Origin: an uncultured Eubacteriales bacterium
Lineage (GTDB): Bacteria > Bacillota > Clostridia > Christensenellales > Aristaeellaceae
Reading direction: 5' to 3'
DNA: 64,000 nucleotides
Assembly: GCA_902767565.1 (NCBI GenBank)
Contig: CACXHY010000001.1
Coordinates: 166,217 to 230,216, forward strand
Shown here piece after piece: positions 1 through 10,191 of this stretch (position 1 is its first letter; each line of letters starts with the position of its first letter). Under the pieces are notes generated by a model. It saw nothing but the letters and a program-made list of their open reading frames with translations. It made no database searches and was not told the DNA's origin. Both the position numbers and the translations under genes were made by a program.

Positions 1-141
1 GCTGCCTCCATTGCACTGAAAAATCCATTGGCTTTGCCAACATCCGCATTATACCCGAAAACGGACAAAATAACAATGATCCTGCGGCAATTTGTGGCGC
101 AGGATCGCAAAAAGGGGGCTTGTTTCTCCTCTGTATTTCGC

Positions 142-170
142 TTGCATTCCCATACAGGGACTGATAAAAT
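142..170 (+). promoter_or_regulatory. sigma70-like promoter of the isocitrate dehydrogenase gene (TTGCAT-17-TAAAAT)
   Basis: TTGCAT at 142-147, 17-nt spacer, TAAAAT at 165-170, about 30 nt upstream of RBS AAAGGAGG (185-192) and ATG 202. Confidence 0.5.
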
Positions 171-201
171 CGGATCGAATCCCCAAAGGAGGTTTCCGCC
201 G

Positions 202-1710
202 ATGAACAGGATCCGTATGACCACCCCGCTGGTAGAGATGGACGGCGACGAGATGACCCGCGTGCTGTGGGCCATGATCAAGGAAAAACTGCTGCTGCCC
301 TTCGTCGACCTCAAAACGGAATACTATGACCTGGGTCTCCCCCACCGGGATGAAACCGGCGACCAGGTGACCATCGACTCGGCCGAGGCGACCAAGCGGC
401 TCGGCGTGGCGGTGAAGTGCGCCACCATCACACCCAACGCCCAGCGCATGACGGAATACGATCTCCACGAGATGTGGAAGAGCCCCAACGGCACCATCCG
501 CGCGCTGCTCGACGGGACCGTGTTCCGCGCCCCGATCCGGGCGGAGGGCATCAGCCCGGTGGTGCGCACCTGGAAGGCACCCATCACCATCGCGCGCCAC
601 GCCTACGGCGATATCTACAAGAACACCGAGATGCGCGTGCCCGGCGCCGGCAGGGCGGAGCTGGTATTCACGGCCGAGGACGGCACCGAGACCCGCAAGA
701 CCATCCAGGAATTCAAGGGACCGGGCGTGGTCCAGGGCGTGCACAACCTGGACGGGTCCATCGCTTCGTTTGCCCGCAGCTGCTTTGAATACGCGCTGAG
801 CCTGAAGCAGGACCTGTGGTTCTCCGCCAAGGACACCATCTCCAAGACCTATGACGCGGACTTCCGCGACATCTTCCAGCGGATCTACGACGAAGAATAC
901 CGGGAAGCATTCGAAAAGGCCGGCATCACGTATTTCTACACGCTGATCGACGACGCCGTGGCCCGGGTCATCCGCTCCGAGGGCGGCTTCATCTGGGCCT
1001 GCAAAAACTATGACGGCGACGTGATGAGCGATATGCTGGCGACGGCCTTCGGCTCCCTCGCCATGATGACCTCCGTGCTGGTCTCCCCCGACGGCAAGTA
1101 TGAGTACGAGGCCGCTCACGGCACCGTGACCCGGCATTACTACCGCTATCTCAAGGGAGAAGCCACCTCCACCAACCCGACGGCCACCATCTTTGCCTGG
1201 TCCGGTGCCCTGCGCAAGCGCGGAGAGCTGGACGGTCTGGATGATCTGGTGATGTTTGCCGACCTGCTGGAGGAGGCCACCCTTGACACCATCGCCGGCG
1301 GCGTGATGACCAAGGACCTGGCCGCCCTGTGGGAGGGGGACGCCGCGGCCGTCACCTCCGAGGAGTTCCTGGATGCCGTCGCCGAGCGGATCCGGGAAGA
1401 GATGGAGGATGCCGACGACGGGGACGACGAGGCAGTCATCGACTTTGAAACCGTGGTCCTCCGGGATGAGGAAGGGAATGAAGAGTCCTTCGCGCTGGTG
1501 TACCGGGCCATGCGGGGGGACGACGAGTACGCGGTCCTGCTCTCCGATGACGAGGAGGGCTCGGTGCTCATCGTCCGCTGCGTGTATGAGCAGGACGACT
1601 GCAGCTACGAACCGGTGGACGAAGAGACCGCCGACGACATCTTCGATGAATTCCAGGCCGAATGCCCCGAGTTCTTCGATGATGACCCGGAGGATCCCGA
1701 AGATGAGTGA
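202..1710 (+). CDS. icd: NADP-dependent isocitrate dehydrogenase (IDH1/eukaryotic-like type) read-through fused to a C-terminal DUF1292-like acidic domain
   Basis: ATG 202 preceded by AAAGGAGG. N-terminus MNRIRMTTPLVEMDGDEMTRVLW and the whole 400-aa body match the monomer-type NADP-IDH family. Residues ~410-503 (EDADDGDDEAVIDFETVVLRDEEGNEESFALVY...EYAVLL...) match the DUF1292 pattern. The six-frame ORF start at 28 has no RBS. Confidence 0.85.
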   Translation: MNRIRMTTPLVEMDGDEMTRVLWAMIKEKLLLPFVDLKTEYYDLGLPHRDETGDQVTIDSAEATKRLGVAVKCATITPNAQRMTEYDLHEMWKSPNGTIRALLDGTVFRAPIRAEGISPVVRTWKAPITIARHAYGDIYKNTEMRVPGAGRAELVFTAEDGTETRKTIQEFKGPGVVQGVHNLDGSIASFARSCFEYALSLKQDLWFSAKDTISKTYDADFRDIFQRIYDEEYREAFEKAGITYFYTLIDDAVARVIRSEGGFIWACKNYDGDVMSDMLATAFGSLAMMTSVLVSPDGKYEYEAAHGTVTRHYYRYLKGEATSTNPTATIFAWSGALRKRGELDGLDDLVMFADLLEEATLDTIAGGVMTKDLAALWEGDAAAVTSEEFLDAVAERIREEMEDADDGDDEAVIDFETVVLRDEEGNEESFALVYRAMRGDDEYAVLLSDDEEGSVLIVRCVYEQDDCSYEPVDEETADDIFDEFQAECPEFFDDDPEDPEDE

Positions 1711-1969
1711 TGACTGGAGCATCGTCACCCTGACAGATGACGACGGCAACGAGATCGAGTTTTATGAGATCGGCCGCATCGATCTGGACGGCACGGTCTA
1801 TGTCTTTCTGGAGGACCCGGAAGACGAGGGCTCGGTGCTGGTCTTCCGCGCCGGGCGCGAAGGCGGTGAGGAAGTCCTGCAGACCGTGGAGAATGAGGAC
1901 GAGTGCGAAAACGCCTTCTATTACTTTCAGGCGGAGGCTGACGATTACGAGGTCGGACCCGCGGAGTAG
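1703..1969 (+). CDS. DUF1292 family protein (standalone copy), 8-nt overlap with upstream fusion gene
   Basis: MSDDWSIVTLTDDDGNEIEFYEIGRIDLDGTVYVFLEDPEDEGSVLV... is the typical DUF1292 signature. The ATG at 1703 overlaps the icd-fusion stop (1708-1710) in another frame. Confidence 0.75.
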   Translation: MSDDWSIVTLTDDDGNEIEFYEIGRIDLDGTVYVFLEDPEDEGSVLVFRAGREGGEEVLQTVENEDECENAFYYFQAEADDYEVGPAE

Positions 1970-2066
1970 ATCCCGTTCATCCGCAGCCCGATCCCCGCAA
2001 ACGACAACGGCCGCCCGATCCCGCGTCCCCGGAAGGGATGCGCGGGATCGGGCGGCTGCTTTTCAG

Positions 2067-3449
2067 TCAGTCCTCCGTCGGGGCCCGGGCCAGATCCACC
2101 TCAAAGGTCGTGCCCATGCCCACCTTGGAGCGCACGCGGATCTTGCCCGCGTGCGAGACCACGATGATCCTGGCGATGGAGAGTCCCAGGCCATGGCCGC
2201 CGGTCTCCGAATGGCGGGCCGCGTCGGCGCGGTAGAAGCGGTCAAAGATTTTGGGCAGTTCTTCCGTGGGGATGCCGCTGCCCTGATCCGCCACCGTCAG
2301 CAGGCAGCGGTCCGCCTTGCGGCGCACGCCCAGGGTCACGGTGGTACCCGGACCGGAATACTTGACGGCATTGTCCGTCAGGGCGCGCAGCACCTGCTTG
2401 ATCATGTTGCGGTCCGCCTCGATGAGGCAGGGTTCGTCCGGTGTCAGGAGGAAGCTGTGATCCGCGTGCACCATGGCTTCCTCCTGCTGCACCTCGGCCG
2501 CCACCTCCCGGGCGTCGAAGACGGTCTTTTCCAGCAGAAGCGTCTTCTTGTCATGCCTCGCCAGGAAGAGCAGGTTCTCCACCAGGTCCTTCATGGCCGC
2601 CGTCTCGGAACTGATGGCGTTCAGGCTCTCGCTGAGCACCTCCGGGTCTTCCTTTCCCCAGCGCTGCAGCATCTCGGCATAGCCCTGGATCACCGCGATG
2701 GGCGTGCGCAGCTCATGGGACACATCGGACACGAACTGCTTCTGGCTGTTGTAGCTTTGCTCCAGTCGGTCCAGCATGGAGTTGATGACTACCGCCAGTT
2801 CCTGCAGTTCCGTCTTCGTATTCGCCACGTTGATGCGGTTGGAGAGGTTCGCGGCCGACAGGGTGTCGGCCATCTCGGTGATGGAACGGATGGGCTCCAG
2901 CACGGATCTGTTGAGGCGTTTGGCCTTGCGCCAGAAGTAGATCATGCGCAGCAGATCCGCGGCCGCGCCGCCGATGGCCAGGATCAGCAGCGCCTGCCAT
3001 TCGCCCCGCAGATGCAGGGTCACCACGGCCCGGCCCCCGGTCTGCACCGGAACGGCAAATGACACCTGACCCGGAAAACCGCTGCCGAACAGGAGCCCCA
3101 GGTTCTCGCCGAGATCCGCGGGGCCGCCGTCGGGCTGATAGACCGCCTCCGCGCGGCCGTCCTGCAGGATCAGCTGGCTGTAGGCCTGTCCGTCCAGATC
3201 TGGCAGAGAAGCGGCCACGCGTTCCCTGAGGGGGGCCGTGCGCACGGCCTCCCCGATCCCGAAGGCCGCCAGCAGCAGCAGCGCCCAGATCAGGAAGGTC
3301 CGCGCCAGTTCCCCGCAATAATGCAGCGCGATGCGGTAGATCAGCGACAGCTTCACCCGCGACTGCGCCCTGACGATCCCGGAGTGCGTCGTCTCCGAAA
3401 GGCGGTTGAAACGCTCCACCGGTCTCGGTTCCTGTTTTTTCTCCGCCAT
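2067..3449 (-). CDS. sensor histidine kinase (HisKA + HATPase_c), membrane-bound
   Basis: H-box HELRTPIAVIQGYAEML and the ATPase motifs (DNAVKYS, DQGSGIP, GGHGLGLSIA) are present. Start MAEKKQEP at 3449 follows GGAGGA. The ORF track's longer N-terminus lacks an RBS. Confidence 0.85.
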   Translation of the reverse strand: MAEKKQEPRPVERFNRLSETTHSGIVRAQSRVKLSLIYRIALHYCGELARTFLIWALLLLAAFGIGEAVRTAPLRERVAASLPDLDGQAYSQLILQDGRAEAVYQPDGGPADLGENLGLLFGSGFPGQVSFAVPVQTGGRAVVTLHLRGEWQALLILAIGGAAADLLRMIYFWRKAKRLNRSVLEPIRSITEMADTLSAANLSNRINVANTKTELQELAVVINSMLDRLEQSYNSQKQFVSDVSHELRTPIAVIQGYAEMLQRWGKEDPEVLSESLNAISSETAAMKDLVENLLFLARHDKKTLLLEKTVFDAREVAAEVQQEEAMVHADHSFLLTPDEPCLIEADRNMIKQVLRALTDNAVKYSGPGTTVTLGVRRKADRCLLTVADQGSGIPTEELPKIFDRFYRADAARHSETGGHGLGLSIARIIVVSHAGKIRVRSKVGMGTTFEVDLARAPTED

Positions 3450-3459
3450 ATTTCCTCCG

Positions 3460-4146
3460 TCACAGGCTGAACAGATACCCGACGCCCCGGATGGTCTGGA
3501 TGGTGTGGATGCCGAAGCGCTCGTCGATCTTGTGCCGCAGATAGCGGATGTATACGTCCACGACGTTGGTGTCGCCGGCGTACTCATATCCCCAGACGTT
3601 GTTCAGCAGTTCGTCGCGGGTGACCGCCTTTCCCCGGTTCTCCATCAGATAGCGGAGAAGGTCGAATTCCTTCTTGGTCAGCGTGACCGGCTCCTCCCCG
3701 TACCGCACCGCGTAGCTGGCCGGATCGAGGACCAGCTTTCCGGCAGACAGCTTCGCGTCCTCCTCCGCCGGCGCGGCGGCCTGCTCCCGGGGCTTGCGCA
3801 GGGCGACGCGGATGCGGGCCAGCAGCTCCTCGATGGCAAAGGGCTTGGTCATGTAGTCGTCGGCGCCCATGTCGAGGCCCATCACCTTGTCCGACACGTC
3901 GTCCTTGGCGGTCAGCATGATGATGGGCACATCGCTCTCATGGCGAAGACGCCGGCACACCTCGATGCCGCTGAGTTCAGGCAGCATCAGATCCAGCACC
4001 AGCAGATCCGGCGCGTGATTCAGCGCCAGATCCAGGCCGGTGCGTCCGTCGCCGGCGGTCTCCACCTCATAGCCCTCGTGCTTCAGCTCAAGCTCCAGGA
4101 ATCGCGCGATCTTGCGCTCGTCCTCCACAATCAGGATCCTGCTCAT
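3460..4146 (-). CDS. OmpR-family response regulator (REC + winged-helix)
   Basis: MSRILIVEDERKIARFLELELKHEGYEV...; C-terminal trans_reg_C (VWGYEYAGDTNVVDVYIRYLRHKI); RBS GGAGGAG before ATG 4146. Confidence 0.9.
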   Translation of the reverse strand: MSRILIVEDERKIARFLELELKHEGYEVETAGDGRTGLDLALNHAPDLLVLDLMLPELSGIEVCRRLRHESDVPIIMLTAKDDVSDKVMGLDMGADDYMTKPFAIEELLARIRVALRKPREQAAAPAEEDAKLSAGKLVLDPASYAVRYGEEPVTLTKKEFDLLRYLMENRGKAVTRDELLNNVWGYEYAGDTNVVDVYIRYLRHKIDERFGIHTIQTIRGVGYLFSL

Positions 4147-4203
4147 GGTCTCTCCTCCACGCGGCAAAGGGAATGAGGGTCGTCCCCATTCCCGATGCAA
4201 TGA

Positions 4204-4935
4204 TCATTCGATGGTCGCGGTGGCGTAGCCTTCCTCGTCGGTCCCGACCACCATGCTGCCGTCGGTGCTCTCCACCTTGACCGGCACCTGGATCGTCGGG
4301 ACGCCGGCCGCGCGCCGTTCCATGTCGCTGACGATGTCCTCAAGGGGATCCGGGTCGGCCGCTTCCTCGGGCCAGGGCTCCCACACCTCGTCCTTCGGCG
4401 GCTCCTGCTTCCGCTGCTCCTCGGCGGCTTTCGCCTTCCGCGCAGCCTCCTGATGATGCTCCACGGCCTCGCCGACGCCCCGGGCAAAGTTCGTGGCCGT
4501 GCGCTTCACATTGTCGGCCGCGCTCTTCACCATCCGCTCGATGCGCTCGTTGCTTTCATCCGACAGGGCGGAAATGCTGATGCGATATCCAACCAGGATG
4601 CAGACGATGGCCGCTCCCAGCACCAGCCAGGGGCTGACGAACAGGGCGATGATGACGAACAGGATGGGAAGATTGATCACGGGCTTGCCGTTGCCGATTA
4701 CCATGAAGCGGGTTTGCAGGAAGCCTGCTTTCCGGGGCCGGCTCCCGGTGTCTTCCCTGTCCGGTTCGCTCCGCTCGTCCCCGGCTTCCTGCCGGATCCT
4801 TCCGTTGCGCTCCAGATCCACCAGCGCCCGCATCACATCGCCGTTGTGATAATCCAGCAGGGCGATGGCCTCCTCGTAGGTGATCCCGCTTTTGCGGCGG
4901 ATAAATTCGATATCCTCAATGGTGAAGCTTGCCAT
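4204..4935 (-). CDS. DUF4342-like protein with N-terminal NAC/UBA-like domain and two TM helices; co-operonic with the two-component system
   Basis: N-terminus MASFTIEDIEFIRRKSGITYEEAIALLDYHNGDVMRAL; hydrophobic stretch VINLPILFVIIALFVSPWLVLGAAIVCILV; RBS AAGGAGG before 4935. Confidence 0.5.
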   Translation of the reverse strand: MASFTIEDIEFIRRKSGITYEEAIALLDYHNGDVMRALVDLERNGRIRQEAGDERSEPDREDTGSRPRKAGFLQTRFMVIGNGKPVINLPILFVIIALFVSPWLVLGAAIVCILVGYRISISALSDESNERIERMVKSAADNVKRTATNFARGVGEAVEHHQEAARKAKAAEEQRKQEPPKDEVWEPWPEEAADPDPLEDIVSDMERRAAGVPTIQVPVKVESTDGSMVVGTDEEGYATATIE

Positions 4936-5082
4936 GGTGTTTACCTCCTTCTGCCACCGTCCCCCGGTGACAGCATCATCATATCATCCCTCCGCCGCCT
5001 TTGCTTGAGAATCCGTGGGGAAAGAGATGAGAATCAGATTAGAATACCATGGGGATTCGGACAGATCCGTCCGGGCCCGCTG

Positions 5083-5823
5083 TCAGAGGATCCTCTCCGG
5101 CATCCACCGCAGATGATCTCCGGACACCAGCCGGTACAGGATCCCGTTTCTTTCGCCGAGGATGCTGTCGTGAAAGCGGTCCTCCCCGTGACAGTGCGCG
5201 TAGATCACCTGCTCGGCTCCGTATTCCTCCGCCATGTCGGTAAACACGCTGCGCTCCTCCAGGATGCTCGTGGGCGGATAATGCAGGAACATCAGGAACC
5301 GCCGGTAGCCCGCAGCCCGGGCGGCCTCGAAGGAAGCCCTGAGGCGCTCGGCTTCCCGCCGGACCAGTTTCTCCGCCTGCCGTTCCTTCTCCTCGTCCCA
5401 GCCCACGATCCTGCGCCGCCGGTCCAGGTAAAAGGGGCCCTCGAACACGAAACCCTTGGTGCCAACCAGCGCGGCGTCCCCGCAGGCGGCAAAGCTGTTC
5501 TGCACGAAGGTCAGCGCTCCTCCGAATCGTTCGTTCAGCTGAGGGGTCTTCTTCACGTCCCAAAACATGTCATGATTGCCCCGGAACAGGATCTTCCGCC
5601 CCGGAAGAGCCATGATGTATCGGAAGTCCTCCTCGCACTCCGCGAGATCGCGCCCCCAGGAGTGATCCCCCAGCAGGACAAGAGTGTCCCCCGGTCCGAT
5701 CAGGGCGTCACAGTTCCTCCGGAACCGCTTCTCGTGATCCTTCCACAGGCCGGTCAGCTGGCCTCGGGCGTGAAGGGGCGTCTGAAAATGCAGGTGCAGA
5801 TCCCCGATGGCATACAGCCCCAT
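5083..5823 (-). CDS. metallophosphoesterase (calcineurin-like phosphoesterase family)
   Basis: GDLHL, GDHSWG, GNHD and HCHGE metal-binding motifs. Confidence 0.7.
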   Translation of the reverse strand: MGLYAIGDLHLHFQTPLHARGQLTGLWKDHEKRFRRNCDALIGPGDTLVLLGDHSWGRDLAECEEDFRYIMALPGRKILFRGNHDMFWDVKKTPQLNERFGGALTFVQNSFAACGDAALVGTKGFVFEGPFYLDRRRRIVGWDEEKERQAEKLVRREAERLRASFEAARAAGYRRFLMFLHYPPTSILEERSVFTDMAEEYGAEQVIYAHCHGEDRFHDSILGERNGILYRLVSGDHLRWMPERIL

Positions 5824-5975
5824 TCCGCGTCCCTCCCCCGTCCGTCCTTCGCGATCCTTCGCTCCGCTTCATTATAGTCGGCGTTCCCCGCGATTGCAAG
5901 ATGCCGCCGCATTGACATTTCTCCGAAAAAGCGGATAATGGGGAATGTTTTCATTAGCCATCCGGAGGTGATCGC

Positions 5976-8756
5976 GTGCTTGAACTGCGCGGTATCAAGA
6001 GATCCTATCGCACCGGCGAGCTGGTGCAGAAAGCCCTGGACGATGTCAGCCTGACCCTGCGGGACAGCGAATTCGTCTGTGTCCTCGGCCCCAGCGGCAG
6101 CGGAAAGACCACCCTGCTGAACGTGATCGGCGGCCTGGACCGCTACGACAAGGGAGACCTGCTCATCGGCGGCGTCTCCACAAAGTCCTACCGGGAGCGG
6201 GACTGGGACACCTATCGGAACCACACCATCGGCTTCGTGTTCCAGAGCTACAACCTGATCCCCCATCTGTCCGTACTGGCCAACATCGAACTGGCGCTGA
6301 CCATCGCCGGCGTGTCCGCGTCCGAGCGCCGCAGCCGTGCCCGGGAAGCGCTGGCGGAGGTCGGTCTGGCCGGTCAGGAGCACAAGCGGCCCAACCAGAT
6401 GTCCGGCGGCCAGATGCAGCGCGTCGCCATCGCCCGCGCCCTGGTGAACGACCCGGAGATCCTGCTGGCGGACGAGCCCACCGGTGCCCTGGACAGCGAG
6501 ACCTCCGAGCAGGTCATGGCGCTTCTGAAGAAGGTGGCGGAAAAGCGCCTCGTGGTCATGGTCACCCACAACGCGGAACTGGCGGAACAGTACGCCACCC
6601 GCATCGTTCGCCTGCGCGACGGGCGCATCACCGAGGACAGCGATCCCTGTGAAGACAGCCCCGCCGCGCCGGACAGCGCTGGCAAGGTGAAGAAGGCAGG
6701 CATGTCCTTCCTGACCTCCCTCAGCCTCAGCGCCCAGAACCTGCGCACCAAGAAGGGCCGCACCTTCCTGACGGCGCTGGCGGGATCCATCGGCATCATC
6801 GGCATCGCCCTGATCCTCGCCATGTCCTCCAGCGTCAACCAATACATCGTGGATATCCAGCGGGAGACCATGTCCTCCTACCCCGTGACCATCACCGCCC
6901 AGACCGTGGATCTCAGCGGGCTGACGGATCCGCGGGACGAGCTCGTCAATGAGCGGCGCAGCGCCATGGCCGACGCTCGGGAGAATCCGGATGTGATCAG
7001 CGCCGACTATACGCTCATGGAAGCCCGGCAGAACATGACCGGCAGCCTGATCGAGAACAACCTGACCGCCTTCAAGCGCTGGCTGGACGACCCGGAGAGC
7101 GAGATCCACCGGTACGTGGGCGGCAGCGGCATCGTTTACGGCTACAGCGTGGAATTCTCGGTCTACGCGTATGACGGGACCGGAGCCCTGCAGGACACGA
7201 ACAGCGATCCCGACGAGCTCGCAGGGAGCGGCGGACTCGGCTTTGATATGCGGGGCATGCGGGCCATGTCCGTCTTCTTCGGCGGCTCCGCAAGCAGCGG
7301 CGCGTCCAATTTCACCGAGCTGACCCCGGGCGCGGACGGGCAGCCTGTCAGCCAGGTCATTCTGGACAGCTACGAGCTGCTCGCCGGCAGCTGGCCCGCC
7401 GCGGCGGACGAGGTGGTGCTGGTGGTCGGACAGAGCGGGCGGATTTCCGTCAAGACCCTCTACCAGCTGGGACTGATCTCGCTGGAGGAGTATCAGGCCG
7501 CGGCGGATGCCGTCGCGGACGGCACCGAGCCCTCCCTGCCCTCATGGACCCACGCGGAGCTGGTGGGCCGGCGTTTCGTGCTGGTCCCTGCCAGCGAGCG
7601 CTTCGTCGCCAACGGTGACGGCACCTTCCGGGAGCTGGGCACCACGCCGGAGGAGGTCGCCCTGATGGCGGCGAATGGGATCCCCCTGCACGTAAGCGGC
7701 GTCGTGCGCCTCACGGGCAACGGCAGCGCGGTCATCATGGCCCCCGTCGGCTACACCTCCCTGCTGACGGACCTGATCATCGACCGCTGCAATGAGAGCG
7801 CCGTCGTGCAAGCCCAGCTGGCCAGTCCGGACACCAGTGTCCTGACGGGCATCGCCTTCGACCCGGCGGACGACGCCCGGAAGGTCGATGCGGCAAAGCG
7901 CTATATCGCGACGCTCTCCGTCTCGGACAAGGCGACGCTCTACGGCATGATCCTGTACGCCAACCCCGGCGCGTCCTCCTTCGGAAGCATTGGGTCTTCC
8001 GGCATGATGCCCGGCGGAGCGGCCGGCTTCATGCCGGGCGGCATGGACGAGGAAGCCACGGACGCCATGCTCACGGGCATGATCCTGGAGGCGGCGGACG
8101 ACGATACCCTGCTGATGGTCTACGATCAGTATGTGGCCGGCGACAGCTATGAGTCCAACCTGACCAGGTTCGGCTATGTGGACCGCGCATCCCCCGCGTC
8201 GATCTCCATCTACGCGGACAGCTTTGAAGCCAAGGACGCCATCACCGCGTCCATCCGGCGGTACAACGAGACGGTGACCGACAGCGAGAAGATCACCTAC
8301 ACGGACTACATCGCCCTCATCACCTCCTCCATCACCACCATCGTGGACGTCATCTCCTATGTGCTGATCGCCTTCGTGGCGGTATCGCTGGTGGTTTCCT
8401 GCATCATGATCGGCATCATCACCCATATCTCCGTGCTGGAGCGCACCAAGGAGATCGGCATCCTGCGGGCTCTCGGCGCTTCCCGGAGCAACATCACCTC
8501 CGTCTTCAACGCGGAGACGGTCATCGTCGGTTTCTGCGCCGGCCTGATCGGCGTGCTGGCCGCCATGGCGCTGACCGTTCCCATCAATCTGATCCTGCAG
8601 GCCCTCATCGGGTCGACGGGGCTCACCGTCTCCCTGCGGCCGCTGCACGCGCTGATCCTCATCGCCATCTCCATGGCCATCACCGTCGTCGGCGGACTCA
8701 TCCCCGCACGCAAGGCGAGCCGGAAAGATCCCGTGGAAGCCCTGCGCACGGAGTGA
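5976..8756 (+). CDS. ABC transporter, fused ATP-binding and FtsX-type permease (MacB-like)
   Basis: N-terminal Walker A GPSGSGKTT, signature MSGGQMQRVAIARAL, Walker B LLADEPTGALD; C-terminal 4-TM FtsX-like domain; GTG start at 5976 after GGAGGTG. Confidence 0.85.
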   Translation: MLELRGIKRSYRTGELVQKALDDVSLTLRDSEFVCVLGPSGSGKTTLLNVIGGLDRYDKGDLLIGGVSTKSYRERDWDTYRNHTIGFVFQSYNLIPHLSVLANIELALTIAGVSASERRSRAREALAEVGLAGQEHKRPNQMSGGQMQRVAIARALVNDPEILLADEPTGALDSETSEQVMALLKKVAEKRLVVMVTHNAELAEQYATRIVRLRDGRITEDSDPCEDSPAAPDSAGKVKKAGMSFLTSLSLSAQNLRTKKGRTFLTALAGSIGIIGIALILAMSSSVNQYIVDIQRETMSSYPVTITAQTVDLSGLTDPRDELVNERRSAMADARENPDVISADYTLMEARQNMTGSLIENNLTAFKRWLDDPESEIHRYVGGSGIVYGYSVEFSVYAYDGTGALQDTNSDPDELAGSGGLGFDMRGMRAMSVFFGGSASSGASNFTELTPGADGQPVSQVILDSYELLAGSWPAAADEVVLVVGQSGRISVKTLYQLGLISLEEYQAAADAVADGTEPSLPSWTHAELVGRRFVLVPASERFVANGDGTFRELGTTPEEVALMAANGIPLHVSGVVRLTGNGSAVIMAPVGYTSLLTDLIIDRCNESAVVQAQLASPDTSVLTGIAFDPADDARKVDAAKRYIATLSVSDKATLYGMILYANPGASSFGSIGSSGMMPGGAAGFMPGGMDEEATDAMLTGMILEAADDDTLLMVYDQYVAGDSYESNLTRFGYVDRASPASISIYADSFEAKDAITASIRRYNETVTDSEKITYTDYIALITSSITTIVDVISYVLIAFVAVSLVVSCIMIGIITHISVLERTKEIGILRALGASRSNITSVFNAETVIVGFCAGLIGVLAAMALTVPINLILQALIGSTGLTVSLRPLHALILIAISMAITVVGGLIPARKASRKDPVEALRTE

Positions 8757-8850
8757 TGCACCGAGTTGTTACAAGTGCGGGACCGCTATGGACTTTGACC
8801 CGCTTCTGTGGTAGAATCGTTCCGAAACTGGCGTCCCGGAAGGCGCCGCG

Positions 8851-9696
8851 ATGGAGGAGACCGACGTGAAACGACTGCTTGCCCTTCTGCTGGTCCTGAT
8901 CAGCCTCGCCCCGTGCGCCGTGGCCGAACGCCTGCCGGATGAGGTGCTGTTGACCTATTATGACGACAGCATCTTCTTCGGGGATTCCATCACCCAGGGC
9001 TTCCGCCGTTATGTATCCAACCGCCAGCAGACGGATCCGGGATTCATGAGCGGCGTGGAGATCGTGTGCACGGCCAGCATCAGCCTCTACGAGGGAAGCC
9101 GCCGGGGCCTGCAAACCAACCGTTTCCGGTATCGGGGCCAGGATCGTACCTTGTATCAGATCACCCAGCAGATCAGGCCGCAGAAGGTGTTCATCCTGCT
9201 GGGCCTGAACGACCCCGTGGGCATCCAGATCGAAAAGGCCATGGGCTGGATCCGGGACATCATGCGGGGGATGGATGAACTTTGCCCCGGCGTGGAGGTG
9301 TATTTCTTCTCCATGACCCCGGTCACGCCCGGCTACTGCTCGCAGAAGAACCGCCCCCGCTACCAGGAGCAGGTGGACGAGTACAACGCCCGGCTGATCA
9401 TGGTCTGCACGGATATGGGCGCGCATTATGTCGACATCGCGACGCCGCTGAAGGATGAGAACGGTTATCTCGCCTATGACTACAGCAGCGACAAGATCTG
9501 CCACCTCAGCGACGAGGGCGCTGCGGTCTGGGTGCAGGCCCTGTGCGATTATGCCCAGGAGCAGTACGATCTGGGCCTGTGGGTGCCCGGGCAGAACAAT
9601 GCGGGGCCGGAACTGACGCCCTCCACCGCCACGGATCTCGACGGGGCGACGCCTTCCGATCTGCCCTCTGTGCTGACACTGGATCCCAACTACTGA
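8851..9696 (+). CDS. SGNH/GDSL hydrolase family lipoprotein
   Basis: Signal peptide and GDS motif (FFGDSITQGF). Start may be the GTG at 8866 (VKRLLALLLVLISLAPCAV) with RBS GGAGGAG at 8853-8859. Confidence 0.7.
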   Translation: MEETDVKRLLALLLVLISLAPCAVAERLPDEVLLTYYDDSIFFGDSITQGFRRYVSNRQQTDPGFMSGVEIVCTASISLYEGSRRGLQTNRFRYRGQDRTLYQITQQIRPQKVFILLGLNDPVGIQIEKAMGWIRDIMRGMDELCPGVEVYFFSMTPVTPGYCSQKNRPRYQEQVDEYNARLIMVCTDMGAHYVDIATPLKDENGYLAYDYSSDKICHLSDEGAAVWVQALCDYAQEQYDLGLWVPGQNNAGPELTPSTATDLDGATPSDLPSVLTLDPNY

Positions 9697-9732
9697 CGCC
9701 CTGCCGTTTCCGGTTGAGAAAGGAGCCTGTCC

Positions 9733-10185
9733 ATGAAGAAGCTGCTCTCCGCGATCCTGACGCTCTGCCTGCTCTGCGCTTGTGCTCAGTGTGAGCCGGG
9801 CTCCGAAGGCGAGACCCTGCTGGACCGGGTGCTGCGTCTGGTCCCCGACGCCGCCGGGCTGGTGCGCATGAGCGGCGACGACCTCTACGACCTGATCGGC
9901 ATCGATCCCGAAAGCTGCGTGGACTGGGTCTATCTGGCCGCCGCGGATGCCCTGGAGGGGCGGGAACTGATCGTCGTCCTCATGCCCGACGCCGAAAGCG
10001 CCGACGAGGCGGAGACCTTGTTGGATCACTATCTGGAAGCCCGCATGCGGGAGACCCGCAACTACCTCCCCGACGCTTATCAGGCCCTTTCGGAAGCGAG
10101 CGTCGTGCGGCAGGGCTGCCTGCTGATCCTCTCTGTCGCCGCCCCGGAGGCGGATGAAGCCGCCCTGCTGCTTGCGGAGGAGTGA
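9733..10185 (+). CDS. DUF4358-like lipoprotein
   Basis: MKKLLSAILTLCLLCAC signal/lipobox; small acidic secreted protein conserved next to MBOAT/DHHW genes. Confidence 0.55.
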   Translation: MKKLLSAILTLCLLCACAQCEPGSEGETLLDRVLRLVPDAAGLVRMSGDDLYDLIGIDPESCVDWVYLAAADALEGRELIVVLMPDAESADEAETLLDHYLEARMRETRNYLPDAYQALSEASVVRQGCLLILSVAAPEADEAALLLAEE

Positions 10186-10191
10186 CGCCGC

